The notes under the pieces: model-generated
The model's input: only the letters and a program-made list of their open reading frames with translations
Databases searched by the model: none
Told to the model about the DNA's origin: nothing
DNA from: Haplodiscus bocki
Taxonomy: Eukaryota
DNA length: 64,000 nt
NCBI GenBank assembly: GCA_965655095.1
Contig: CBFHFQ010000247.1
Coordinates: forward strand, 1 to 64,000
Direction: 5' to 3'
Shown here: one piece after another, positions 1 to 13,949 of the stretch
Layout of the letters: the number at the start of each line of letters is the position of its first letter
Position numbering within the stretch: the stretch's first letter is position 1
Made by a program: the position numbers and the translations under genes

Positions 1-1779
1 CAGAACTTCCGTGGTGTTAGCCTTTGGTGGACAATCTTCTGATGACCGGTCCACGTAGAAAACATATGAATCTGTTGACACTGATTCCAAAGAGTTGGTT
101 CGAAACATTGCAAAAAATTTGAGGTGTTGCCACTGATAATGGCTAAGTGACTTGTAGATGTGATGATATAGGCAAAAGTGCAGTCGGCATGCTACATCAG
201 GTGGGAAATCCTTTGAAGCTCCCGCAGTATTAAAAGAGATGATGAAGTGTATTAACTGAAGGTTTAAATGAAACTGATAATTTGTGCGCAAATGCAAGGA
301 GTGAAAGTTGGGAAGGAGGAAATTTGATCATCATTCCTCAATGTCTCCTCGAGGAATCATGATGGCGTCATTGCTGGCAGACAAATCGGTCATAACAAAA
401 ATAAATAACTCTTAATATCATGGATAAAGGTATAAACCCGCCATGTAATACCCACGTTCTTCGAATTGAACTTCAAAAACATCCGAGAAAAATGTCATCG
501 TGCTTAAAGACATCAGTCTGTTCCAAGCGCACACTGAATCAATTGTTGGTGTAACCGTCGCTGGAGTTGCTGTAGCCCCTTTCCTGTTGATGCCCCTGAA
601 GAGACAGTTGAAAGGAGAGGCGAGAAGAGTTCGTTGGGATGTCCAGAGTGAGCTGTTGAAGATGTTAGCGAGACAAAGAAGGGTACCGAGGTGGACGTAG
701 AGGAGGAGGAAATCGACGTTGTTGGTGGCGTGGATGAAGTTGGAGTCTCTTGGTACAAGTCTGAGGGTTTCACGCTCTCAGATTTTTTGCGAAGAGAAAG
801 ACTATGCAAGAAGAAAGTGTCCGCGGGCGTCATTGACACCTCTCACATTCCACAATGCAAGTTTTCAAATCTTCAACATTTATCACTAACCTTTCTTCTG
901 GAAAATCTTTGCTTGCCAGTCATTGGATTCTGTTAGGCTAATTGTGCTAATTGAAACACGAAGATGACTTTGTGAGGCTTTTGTCTTTTAGTGTATGATC
1001 CTTCCAGTGAATTGGTTGTGCGTCCGGATGAGCCCAGGGCTCCTCAGACAGACGTGTTTGGCTCGGTGTTTGAGGTGGGTTCGTCAAATTCAGAGGAATA
1101 GCTTGATAAGAAGAAGAAGAAGAGGAGGACGGGCCCAGTAAAGAGTCCTCTCACAGCTGCATTTGAGAGTTGGTTGCTTTCTGTTCTACCTTGTAGGTTT
1201 CCATTTAGATAGGTGGGTAATTTCTGACATTTTGCAGGTGATGCCGAGTGTGCCGCGGATTTTTCCGGAAACGACGATATCTCGACCGCCGTGGAGACTG
1301 ACGGGCAGTTGAAGAGTCGTTGCATAGTTGTTACTAGGAGCATGGCACCGTTGGCTGGGGGTAGTATGATGTCCATGTGGGTGTTCAAAGTTGAAGCCGA
1401 AACCGGGAGTTATTGGAGCAGGCGTTTGATCATGGTAATATTTGTGTTCAAAATAGGATTTTATTAGTAAAGCTCCTTGTTGGCTCCATGTTTCTTACCA
1501 CACTTGCGCCCTTTTGCTCAATTCAACAACGATACTGCTGCCACTGCAATTCATGCCACAGGGCTCCAACTTACGTCCTTAAGCCGTTCCGTATGTACAG
1601 AGGAGAAGGCACATATCTTGAGTCCTCTAATGAATAGTAAGTATCTTTCTTCTGGATTTTTTGTGGCAAGTCGTGCGTCGTGTACAATGTACTTTTTATG
1701 TCGACAGAACTGAATGGGAAACTGTAGCGAATTAGCCATGGGCCGTCACGGAGCCCTCAACAAGAACCCGAGACTTCTG

Positions 1780-4140
1780 ACACAAGCGGAGGTGAATCGG
1801 ATAACAGTAGGAACCGCAGGAAAATTTTGTCCAAAAAGACATTCTGGATGAAGGAGAGTTATGGGGCGGACAAACTTAGAAAATTTTTATCACTGGGCCA
1901 ACGAACGGAGCCAATTAGTCGAGTCCTTTTACTGCCGGAGTTGCCGGAAAGGTGTTTTGGTCGTGAATCACGGCCATTACGAGATTTTGGGCCATTTCCA
2001 GGGGATTCGCCATTTTCCCTGTGATCAGACTTTGCGTCTTGAAACACCTAGATAGCGAGTTTTAGATTTTCAAGCTAGCCCCTCACTGAAGATGAACTGG
2101 AGCAACAGAGGGACAAGATCGGGAAAAGCCCTTTAGTTGTTCGGGATCGTGAACATCCGTTCACTCAGGACCTGATCGTAGATGAATCTCGGGTAATTGA
2201 GCCAAAGTTACCCCTGTTAAAATTGCTGCATTCTGGAGGAAACTACGTGATCGTGGTCACAGTTTGTACTCTTTGCTGGCATCAATAACGTGGAAGTTGC
2301 TTGGAACCACGATAATTTCCGTAGAGTTTCAGGAATCCTTTTGTGCCTTTTCAAGTTTTCATTGTTGTTTCGCTTTTAGTCATAGATCAGAAATGTAACC
2401 CTGCCACAGATTTTATCACGTGCAAGCAGGTGGGCGGAAGCTCACCAGTTCTATAGTGTGGAGTTCGAGGAGCGCAGACTGGCATTGTGGGCAATTCTCA
2501 GGACTTGTGACGGAGGCAACTTGGTGTGCTATACAGGTTCGAGAGCGATGTTATCCGTCTGGCGTTGCATTAGTGCTTGCTGCTGTTGGTAGCTCAGCGT
2601 CGGGAGTTGCCAATTATGGGGGTCTCACATCCTCGCTGAGACATAGGCAGAATACTTGGGTAGTGGGTACAAAGAGAAATTTGTAGAGTACCTAATCTCT
2701 GATTTACGGCTGCGGAAGAGATGTCTTCAGAAAGTGGCATCATTGGTGTTCAGTTGCTTGGACCCTTTCTCCGAGCCCAAATTCACCATCAATCGTCTGG
2801 AAGAGGCAGAACACCGTGATTGGATGATGTCGCGATCCAGTTTCCGCCGCGCAAAAAAACTAATGAGCTTCAAAGGCCATCACTGGTTGAGCTCGTTGCC
2901 AACGTTGTGAGTGTCTGGCTACTCATCGTGTTTTACCTCAAGGAAATGGCGATAAGTTAGTGGTATAACACGTTTTTTATTTGCCTGTCCATTTATTGCG
3001 TTCAAGTTCTCATTATTTTGTTTTGTTTTGTTTTGTGAGAAGAGTATCGATGGGTTTTTTTACTTCGATCAGATTGCGAAGACCAAATTTCGCGTTGTCT
3101 ACATAATCCTGGAAATCTGTAAGTCAGGCCTTTGTATTGTTCCATCTGGCTCAAGTTGATACGTATACTCTCCAGAACACGTCTAGGAAAAAATCGTGGG
3201 GATTTTCCAGTATGACTCTTTGGTGATCATATAGGCATTTTTAGTTGGCTAGATGATTTCCATAGCATTGCCATGTTCGTCAGTAGGGAAAATGTGATAA
3301 TTCCGTATTTCTTAAATTTCAGTCCCCACTCGGATTAGTAAAGGGATGGGAGCTAGGAGAATTCGAGTAGCACTCCTAGTCTGTTCCTCACTTCCTTGGC
3401 AAGTTCTAGGTAAACTAGGATGCTTTTAGTAGTGCTCTCTGCTCATTCCTCGTGTGTAATTCCATGTGAAAATATGGAACCTTCCATATCACTCCTAGTT
3501 TACTCCTTGTTTTGTAGGTGGCGGCATTGGTGTTTTATTAAGTCTCTTCATTGAGTCTTTGTTTTAGTTGCTCACAATTTCATTGCACTGGGACTTGGGA
3601 GAGCGGAAATACTGTTATCTTGTATTTGGAGAGCTTTCCAGATTTGTTTACTGCTTGTTGCAGGAAATTGAAGTCAGCTTCAGTCTGCGTGTGGTCAATA
3701 AAGGAGGTATATTTGCTGCCTAATCCTTCGTGCTTTGCTCCCATTGCTGGGGAACACTTTCTGGAGGGAAGACGATTGTCAACTGCGCTCGACAAACTGA
3801 ACAGTGTGTTTCTGAGGGCAAATTTTTGGATAGACTGTAGGCATTTTCTGATTGAGTTTGTAAGCACCATCCTGTTGACTGTTGCAGCGCGTCCTCTGGT
3901 TGGGCAAGGCCTTAGCTGTTTTTCCCCGAAGATAATTGTCGCAGGTGACGATTACTCGTTGTTTCAACTCTTGGGACGTCTGATAGAGTCTTTATTGGGT
4001 AAAGGGCAGTAAGGTGGAGGCTGCCAAAGCCAAATACACCCAATATGTGCGTCAGCAACGTCAATTTCAGTAGATTGTCCCCATCACTGACTTTTTCTCC
4101 TTCTGTTGTGGCACATCTTGTTTTCGTTCTCGTCCTTCCA
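1780..4140 (+). pseudogene. Degenerate DNA-transposon-like coding relic (N-terminal zinc finger, possibly hAT-like transposase)
   Basis: Broken + strand ORFs: FYCRSCRKGVLVVNHGHYEILGHFQGIRH (CxxC...H...H, BED/TTF-like finger) at ~1930-2010, and a 153-aa helical fragment at 3551-4012. The region is more GC-rich than its neighbours and has many stops and frameshifts. Family assignment is inference. Confidence 0.35.
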
Positions 4141-5779
4141 CATCAAAAAAAGTAACATCACAACAAGTTCCTAGATCCGAGCTTTCAACACCTACATTTT
4201 TCATCTTTCATGGTATAACATAAAGACACAAATGAATTTTTATTACAGAAGCTATCAGTTTTACTGAACGTCCCAAGCAAATTTCATCAGAGCTTTCACC
4301 TTTTGAAAAGCACTGTGATTATTTTCATTGAATTCCTCTAATTCGAGAGCAACATGATTCTTGTTTATATTAAATTCACTAAAGTTTGTGAATTAATTTT
4401 GCTGATATACTTTTAACTGTAGTTTTCAACCCAGTTGAAGATGGAATTATTGGAATACTTTGAAAACATTTGCTCAAAAGATAGTTCAATACCAATTCCG
4501 GAATTATTCGTACATTTTCCGAGGAAACTGGTGGAAAAAGCTAAAGAATCGTTAGAACAGCATGTACTTGTTTCATCTGCAATCGATGAATTTCGCGATC
4601 AACGAGATTTGTTTTGAAAGTTCCGAAGTTGATAAAACTTAAAGAGCTAAAAATCAAAATCTTTGGCACCTGAACGATCTTGCTCAAATGAAGGCCTTTC
4701 AGTTTACTTTTTCCTCACGATTAACTGCTGTAGACACTGTAACAATACCCCAAAAAATTATTCTCTGTTTTCCTGTTAATTCTTCAGGTTTAACTATCAA
4801 CTTAATTGGAACACTTTAGACCAAAGCTATTTTGAACAATTTCCAATTCATCTCAATGAAGAAACATCACTTGTTTCCTTGACTCAGGATGAAAGTTCTA
4901 ATCCAGGATGTTTTTTTTAATTCGACTTAACACAGATATCCTTATGGGAATAGAGTTTGCGCCTATCACAATTACACGAGCAGTCTCTGCAAGTAGACCT
5001 ATTGATAATAACTCTGACAAAAGGCGTTCAAAATTTTCTTTACTCATCGAAAAATTAGAGAAAAAAACAAAACAAACTTTCAAAACTGTTTTCTATTTTC
5101 AAACACAAACAAAGCACCCTCTGTTACTTCAAATCCAAAAACACACAACACTGAAATCACTCGAAGTATACCTCCTTCTGAAAACTGTGAAAATTAACCT
5201 CCAAAAAGTTCCACTCTGCTACCAGGTATTTAAAAGCAACTGCAGAGGCCAACAGAAATATCCTAGGCAATACTGATTGCCAAACAGATCCAGAAATAAC
5301 CTGAAGTGCATGCTTTCAAAGATAACCTTTTGATGCAACTAACCATCAATTTCAAATTCAAAATACTGCAACGTTACCATCTTCGCAATTTCACAGAACT
5401 CAGAGAACATTTCCGATGTTTAATCCGTTCACTGATTTTATCAGCCGAATCCAAAAAACTTCAGCTGTAACAAATCATTCAAACAGATTAAAAAACAGTA
5501 CATTCATGCTACATACAATCACTACAACTGTTGCTGTATTGTCAAGATCTCATTTCGCACCTCTAATTGTTGCTGATACCTATTCGTTGCGGAGTACAAT
5601 TACTAATCCTTTTTAAACAAAGACAAAGTTGACTGCGACTGCAAATCTATCTCAAACTGTATAAGATCCAACAACTGCTCCTAATAGTGGTCCTTCTGCC
5701 AGTTTGTGTTCATCTTCTTCTGTTCCTATTGTAAAATCAACAAGTCTTCCTCCTGTAAACACACAAAAGTATATCGTAA

Positions 5780-6900
5780 GTTTTTTTGCAATGAATATTT
5801 CTCTCAAAGTTTTTGATGGACTTGATCATGATTATACTCCTGAAAAAATTTTACCTCCAAACGATGGAACCTTCCGTTTTAACAGGGCAGAACAACCCCT
5901 CGATCCTGTAGCCCATAATCAAAGGCGCAATGAATTGGAGTGAATACACTGCTCTTCATCTGCAACGGGTTTAGCCTGGTTTTTACACCTTGGTGAATGA
6001 TACGGAAATGACAACTTTTTTGATTCTGTATCTGCTTTTACAAAACAATTTTCTTCACAAAATGCTGCCTATTAGTTTTTAACGTATAAGTTGAAGCTCA
6101 AGCTTCAACCAAAAGATAAAATTAACAGGTTACACCCTCTCGCTCTGAAAAATCAAAAATTAGTTTAAAAGGCCTGGTGTAAAGGATCTGCTGCAAATAT
6201 TAACTTCAAGTGTATTGGAACTTTCACTCGAAGATTCCCAAGAAAACTGCAAGTCTGTGCTCATAAACGACAAGTTGAAAATATATCCATACAGCTACTG
6301 TTATGGAACCTTCTATTCGTTTATCATACACTGGTTAAACTTGTTGTTGCTGAAAATTTTACGATTGAAAAAAGTTCGTAATCTTGATATACAACTGGAA
6401 TATATTAGTATAACTTCAAAACTGCAATCCGAAAACAAATCTTTGTAAAATTAGGCTCCAAAGCCTAAGGTGATATTTACTCTAAAAAGTGATCCGCAAA
6501 TTGAAAGTAATCCTCCAGTGGTGTTTTTTTTCATAACTTCAACCACTCTGTTTCTAACTGTTTCTGAAAGTAACGAGAAGAAGAAGATGTAAAGCGATTT
6601 TTTTTAATCAAAACCACCTGTCATTTCATTTATTGAATACGTTTAAATCTATCGGAATCAAAATTGTGCAAACGATGTAGCTTCCTCGTATGCTGTAATC
6701 TAATATTCACGTAATAGTTTTGCTTCAAGAAATAATTCGAATTCAAGAAACCGATATTCACCATATCAATCCACTCATTTCGAATAACCTTCAACTTCAA
6801 GTTCATGCGATTGCTGTCATTCACGATATCGTTACCGTTAAAGAGAATTCAGCTCTAACCCAACTCCATCACGATCAAGATACACTGACTTTTTTAAACA
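5780..6900 (+). pseudogene. gag-like region of the retroelement
   Basis: Fragment MNISLKVFDGLDHDYTPE...EQPLDP, a decayed zinc-knuckle-like HSVSNC at ~6545, then an Arg/Ser-rich stretch. It lies directly upstream of pol. Confidence 0.45.
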
Positions 6901-7999
6901 ACGAGGATATTCTAGATCCCCTTGTTATTCTTCTTTCAGAAATAACCGTCATCGTTAATTTTCCAGATCAATTGCTGGAAGTCTACAGTCTTTTGGACGC
7001 TACAAATTTCCGTTGCGAACTCCATCGAGACCACGTGTGTGATCTACATCAGCATCAAGAAGACATGTCAATCCTTTTTAATCAAATTTCTCTGAAAGTC
7101 CTTACCACTACGCTGAAAACTTTTCAGAGTCAAAAGAATTATTTGAAGTCTTTCTGTATACCACTAAAATTACAAATGCCATACCACCAAATGGCTAGTT
7201 CTTTAATCTGTCTTTCCATTCACAGAAAGAAACTGATTCAAGTTTAGCTTCAAGACTTGGAATCGCTTCTCAACTGTATAGGTGTGAATCCAAATCTTTA
7301 TTTTATTTACCATCTTGTATTCTGATTACGCAGAAGTTCATTGCCTGTAATCAAGATCAACATGTTACATGAAAATTTTCGGATACCGCATGTCATTTTG
7401 AAGTTCCATTTAAATGTTATCTTTCTGTTATTTGTTTCTCATCTATGATAAAAAGTTAACATTCAAGATTTTTCCATGAAATTCAAACATTCTTTCAAGG
7501 AATTCCACAATTGCTTCCTTCATTACAGTAATCGATAAGAATTTTTCTCTATTTTCTCTCTTTTATTTATCAAATCATTTCAAAAAATACAACATAAGTC
7601 AAATCCAATACCGTACAAATCTTGCACTTCCACTGAAAAAAAAGGAAAACTATAGTGGTCAAATTTCAAACAAATGAACCACTTTTCACTGAAAAACCCC
7701 AAACTCAATTTCAGTTAAAATTGAAACAAAATTTCAAATTTTTGGATATTTAATCGAAAAGTTCTGAACGCTCACGTTCAGTATTAAAGAAAAACAGTAC
7801 TACGGACAAGGCTACATTTTTTAAGGAAAATTGTTTACTATTAAATTCCAGTTACCACTGCGAAACTTCCTCGCAACTCTCTCAAAACCCGGCCCAAGTG
7901 TATTTTCTGCTTTACCACACTGCAAAGAACACTTGCAGTTTTTAGGAAATTTTCTTGATCAAAATCTTGACAAAAACGATTTCGAATGTAACCGACTCT

Positions 8000-9420
8000 G
8001 CAAAATTCTCTTTAAGAATGCTAATCGTTATGCTAAAAATCGTAAGTATGTTGGATGAATCTCTATTCCGTTTCGGATTAGAATGAGACATGATGCTAAA
8101 CTGCGAACCCAAAGACCTACTAAACAACCTTTTCTTTATAGAAAAAACTGAACGGTTGAGTAGATGATCTGCATAAAATGGTTAATTCAAACAAATCGGC
8201 CCAATGCCTCATGAAAAATTTTTTACTGGAACTACATTTCTGAATCCATTGATCATCATGAAAAAGAATGCTTCTAAAAAACTATTCTGCAAGCAGGACA
8301 TCTCAACTCGAAAACTAATCAATCACTTGAATCTTGGCCACCGGAACCCTTAGCAACAAAGGCTGCTAGGGCTAACAAACAAAACAAGCCTGCAATTGAT
8401 CATAGGTATGCATTTTCACATGCTACAATATGTGACGGAGCTGTTTAATTTAGAGGAGTTTCACCTGGTGATAAACTTTTGCTTTCATTAGAGAGATGTA
8501 TGGCCCTAAGGTTCTTCCAAACTCTTTGACACAAAAATTGTTGATTTCCTCCAACGATTTGATCGAGCAAGATTCTGCGCTGTTAATGTTGATGATATTT
8601 AACTTGAGTTGATTTCCAGACCACGTTTGCTGAACTTTATCAATCAACTTCAATATTTTGCAAATAAATGTTACCCAAATTTAGCACCTGATGAGTCTTT
8701 TTTTCTTTTTTCAAGCTTCTCACTGTAAAAAACCTTGGTTATGGAATTAGTTTTACCACTTTCAAACCAATTCAATTTAAATTTGCTGGAACTCACAAAA
8801 ATCCTTCTCCGACTACAAAACTCGAACTAATGAGGTTCATTGGCTCAGTGAGCTCCCCATTCAATTTTTTTGAAAGACTTCATAATAATTTGAAACATCT
8901 GTGTGATTTATCTATGGATCTTGATGATTTTAACTTCTATAAGGAATTAGAAACAATGTATCAGCAAATTGTAAATTCCATCACAAAGCACGTTACTCTG
9001 AATTTACTTAACACAAAATATCATTCTATATTACTACAGATTCTTCTTAATTGGTATCGGTTGCAGTCTGTTTCAGACAAAAATTGACAAACAAAGAAAA
9101 CTGGATGTTTTTTCACACAATTCTTGTGTTTTTCCGGAAAATGAATAACAACTATGTTCAATTCATCGCGATTTCATCGGAATGGTTTAGTCATTAAAAC
9201 TATACGAACATAAAAATATTGGCTCTGATCACTCTCTTAGTTTTGTGAAAGATCGCAAAACAATTCCTATCTGTTTGACCATGAAAAGAACCTAGCTCCA
9301 ATGTATTATACTGCACAAGTGCAACTGACCAAATTTTAAAAACTCCGTATTATTTATACGAAAAGTTGAAAACTTTCTGTAGCTTTTATGCTAAGTCGCT
9401 TATGCATAAGAAGAACTGCA
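8000..9420 (+). pseudogene. Reverse transcriptase / RNase H relic
   Basis: AAT GTT GAT GAT ATT (NVDDI, a decayed YxDD) at 8585-8599, then LAPDES..LLTVKNLG (KxxF..V.FLG motif), ELMRFIGSV (thumb), RNase H TDSS.IGIG at ~9035 and GSDH at ~9220. Confidence 0.7.
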
Positions 9421-10399
9421 ACTGAAGAAAATAAAGGACGAACATTTGTCCCCGAAAAGTTTTTTTGCGGTACCTACTCATGATACTCAACTCGAGCCGA
9501 TGAATTTTTTAATTAAACATGAAACTGTATTCCCCTTACAAAGAAATGATTGTCACCCAAATTACCTTGCATCAGAAACGATGAATTCTCCTTTCGTAAA
9601 AATGATGGAGGAGAATAAACATTTCAAACCAACTGATTCATTTCCATTCGATGCTGTATATTTCTTGCAAAGGCAATAAAAACACCAATCAGGAAAATGC
9701 TCAAACGTTACTACAACAATCTGTTATTCCAAATGATACTGTTATCATTGATAATGATCACTTGATTAAGAAGATGATTCTACAAGATGATCATCTTTTC
9801 AACCTGATTGAACTTTAAAAGCTAAAGACATTCTTGAACAATCAACCACCACTCCACTGAATATTATTCCATGTACCTCTGGAAATAAAAATAAACTGAT
9901 TCCTAAATGTAAATCTACAATGCAAACTATTTATGAAACATGTTCATCTGTGTTGGGCAATGATTGAAAAAATCAATTTCTGATCCACCAATTTTCAAAC
10001 GCACATCTAAATTCATTTATTTTTTTACCTCCTGATACTTCATTGGATATAGACACAACATTGAAATATCAGAAAACGGATCCTGTTTTGAAAAAATAAA
10101 TTAAAATGGGATACTGAAAATTCATGTCCAAAGAGAAAAACAGCTAATTTTACTGCTAGTTACTTCCTGCTGGAGTAACATATGTTTTATCCTAACCGGT
10201 AATTCGATGATTATACTGGACTGATAACCACCGAAAAGCCATTTCTGAAAAGTAATCACAAATTTCCACTGTATACTGATGATAATCTCTCTTCTCTAGA
10301 TTCTCGTTTATACTGACCGCTTCTTTTGCTTAACCCTGCAAAAAAAAAGTTCACGAACGCTCTCAATCCCATCTGAACATTGCTCAATAGTTTTTTGAT

Positions 10400-12000
10400 C
10401 AATGTCTTTACATTCAAACTCTGCAGAGAGGGCAATGAATTTTCTTTAAAGATTGTATTGACTACCAAACGGATAAACATGAAAACAGGAAACAAAACAA
10501 AGCTCTAACTTTAAATTTTTTAGAAATCTCAACTTTTTGAAACCTTAGTTTCCCTGTGGTCACTAAAGGTCCAATTAACCAGCTTTTGAATGAAAGCGTT
10601 ATAATTTTGTAAACTTTCATCGTTTTAGCAGGTACAATTTAACTGTACCAACTCCCAAAAACGCTATAATCTCGTAAATTGACCACTGGATATCGAAACT
10701 GGGTCGCTCTCATTATCTGATCTAAATACCAACCCACTGATTTATATTCGTTTTTTCATAGCTTTATTTTGGAACTGAATTCTAATTGGATTGTCGTTGT
10801 TGAACCAGCAATTATAAAAATTCGTTCAAAAGTCCACGAATACGAGAGCTGAATAATTAACTTCTCTTGCTTATACAATGTGAAACACACCCAATCTTGA
10901 TAAACTGTTACCACTGAATTCTTTTTTTCACATCAAAACTTTGGAGCTGTTCAATTTTTGGATAAATTGAAATCACTTCCCTGTGGTCTTTCAAATTTAA
11001 TAACAGGACTACGGTAGTCACCTTTGAGGTTTTGAACTAAGACGGAAAAACATACCTCACATAAAAAAATTCGGTGTAATCATAATTTACGTAAGTTATG
11101 TATTTGCTAATCACTTTAGAGATTACATAGTCACAGTTTTAACTCCAAAAAGACGCTCAATTGTCTGTAAACTCATTAATCCACCACTGGATATGGAATA
11201 TTGATCGTCCTCACAATTTAATTACAGATAGAAAAACCGAATATCTCAATACTGAAATTGCATACTTCTGTACTCTGTCTAATAGTAGAGAGTCTCCAAA
11301 AACTTCACAGGCTACTTTGGACAAATAGACATGTTCAAGTACAAAAGAAAATCTTGGAACCCATCTGCGATTGTATTTGCATGATAGCCCTGAAAATTGG
11401 TCTATTCAACTACATTTCTTTGCTTATGTTTATAATACTCAACCCTTGTCACATCTGCTTGTGCCACAATAAGAAAAAATGTTCATGCGCAACTGCGTTT
11501 TCCTCCGAATTTTCAACCAAGTTTCTCTCGAAAACAGTTTTGTGAATGTACTATACAATACTTCTCCGACTTACCACCTCCCTCATTTTATCAATCCAGT
11601 TATTTAAACCCTCTGTTCCATAGCATTCGGTTGAGATCAATTTCTACTTCGTTTATCGCTATTGAAACAGTAATGCTGAGAATTTGTGCAGACATTTATG
11701 AAACTCGCTAGAAGAAATAAATTTTCTTGCATATACAATGCAAGCCAACCCAATCTTGAAAAACCATTGTCTTTACACTCATTTGTTCTATATTGAAATT
11801 TTCAGGCTGTTCAGTTTTCAGATAAACTGAAACCATTTTAAATTGATCCACTCAAAATTGGTAACAAGGCAAAGAATGTCATCTATTATCTTTTAACATC
11901 CATACAGTGAACAAAATTCTGTAACAACTCATGATTTTGATATATCAGATTTGATTTAATCAACGTATATACTTCATACCACAGTTGTGAACTAGGTTAT
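10400..12000 (+). pseudogene. Retroviral-type integrase relic, core and C-terminal part present twice in tandem
   Basis: xxTKGPI at ~10560. HHWI...ITDRKTEYLNTEIA at ~11180-11260. The C-terminal SH3-like segment (AVQFxDKLK) occurs at ~10945 and again at ~11805. Confidence 0.6.
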
Positions 12001-13949
12001 AATGTGTTTGATGGTGATACACTCTGTGAACACAAAAACGATACATCAATTTTGTTGACCAGATTTATAGAAATTTGAAAACTTAGATGAATACCATCAA
12101 CCCTCTTGCTCAGACTCTGATTCTGAAAAGGTATATCATAAACCAAGGTCTTCAAATCTTGAATCTTGCAACAATTTTCGTGAGTTATTCCATATTCACG
12201 ATACTGGAAAATATATGACACTCCGACGTCATTATCTGAGAAATCAAATTCTTCTCAACAAATCAACCAATTACAAGCCTCCCAAAAAAGTCTTGAACCA
12301 ATTATGACTTACGACCACATCTGACAAGATATTTTTGTCTTTTCCTTTCATCGCGTTTTTCTCCGGATAAACAATCAATTTCACGCAAATTGAATTGAAG
12401 AATGTTACTTATTGAAAACCTATGGAAATATCCATAATAGTATCTTTCCTGTTCATCAGACATTGCATCTTTTTGTCTGTATTTAGATTTTGAGACTTTT
12501 TTTATTCCTGGAAATTTTGTCCTTGGAAATTTATTCTTGCTATAGTTTAAAGAAATTGGAATCAACCTTTACCTGTAAACCGTGTAAACCTGTAACTAAC
12601 AATTTCTTTTCTGATACTGATGTTATCCTTGATTCACCTTCAAATTCAACTGGAAAAAATAGTTCAGCCTCTGCTCCACTTAGTTCTGAAAGAAATTCAA
12701 AAAAATAAAGATGCTGAAATTATTGTAAGTACATCAGGTTTTTCTGAAAAATCTAATTCCTTCTCTGAAAACTTCAAGAAACTCCTCTGTAACTTGTCAA
12801 AGGCTCAAAAACTTCCTCTATCACCAAAACCGGGAACTCCAGCTATCAGCCTAGGACCTATCCACATAAGCGATCGATCATATATAGATCCTCTTCCATT
12901 TTCAATACTACCTCTACATCTTACTAAAGCCGTTGTTAGAAATTTGAGGACTTTCAATCAAGGAGAATAACTCACTCGTACATTCATCTTTTGACAAATC
13001 TAACACTCCTTTTCTGCAAAGTAAAGTTAATGAACCATCTACTTCTGCGAGTAAACCACATAAAATTACTAATCTCAAAACTGCCTCTGATCTCAGCTCT
13101 GAAAAATTTTCCTTGTCATATCAAGAATTGTCTTCAAGTTTTTAATCCACAGCAGCTGTTGATGATTCTCCAAATTGCGTAAACGGAGCTTCCTAATCAA
13201 AGAATACCATAATATCCTTTTATCAGAAAGTAAACCACTCTTAAAACTTGAGATCAAGAGCGACTCAATCATCGTTTTCCTCTCGTATGCTATCAACATT
13301 AAGTTCCATCTCTGCATTTTTGCGTCATTACGCACAATCTCGATCATTTGTCTGTGAAAACCTTCCTTCTTCTCTATCTCTGATATTCTATTTTCACTTC
13401 GACCCTACCCTCTTATTGAAAAACTTTTCACTGTCCAATCATACCCGAAATCTACTCATCTAATCGGAGACCAAGAATCAGTTTCGTCTCTGAGATCTAT
13501 CAATACAGGTGAGCTTCAAATCATTCACTGTACGAAAACTCTAAACCTCCTACATCTGATCCGTATCATTGTCTATTGATAGTTGATAATCATTTATTCA
13601 ATCATCCCCGACAATATCTGAGAGATCATATTCTTCCTATAAAATGAAAAGACAATAGTCAGCAGTTTTCAAAAGTGAGTCGTAATCGACACCTGAAGCT
13701 ATCAACTCAAACACTTACTGAAATAACGTTTGAAGTAACTGTAAAGTTCGTTAGACTAAACCATCATCCATTTCCAAACCCAATTCAAATCAATATTCAA
13801 ACTTTCACCAGTCACTTTGTTGTTACTAATTTACACTTTACTTCGACTGACGAACCTCCATTTGATCATCAATGGGGAGGTGTAGCATTCCACAACCGCA
13901 TCTCTGGTCTGAATAACACAAACACTTTTCTTTTTATTTTTCTTCACTG

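Noticed and set aside
500-1400. Ser/Thr-rich and other short ORFs as genes
   Set aside because: They are low-complexity and overlap on both strands with no domain motif. They are probably part of a decayed repeat.
4143-4215. 5' LTR end / primer-binding site of the large retroelement
   Set aside because: There is only a short resemblance (AAGTAACA..CAACAA) to 26423-26440, and TGGTAT does not extend into a convincing tRNA complement.
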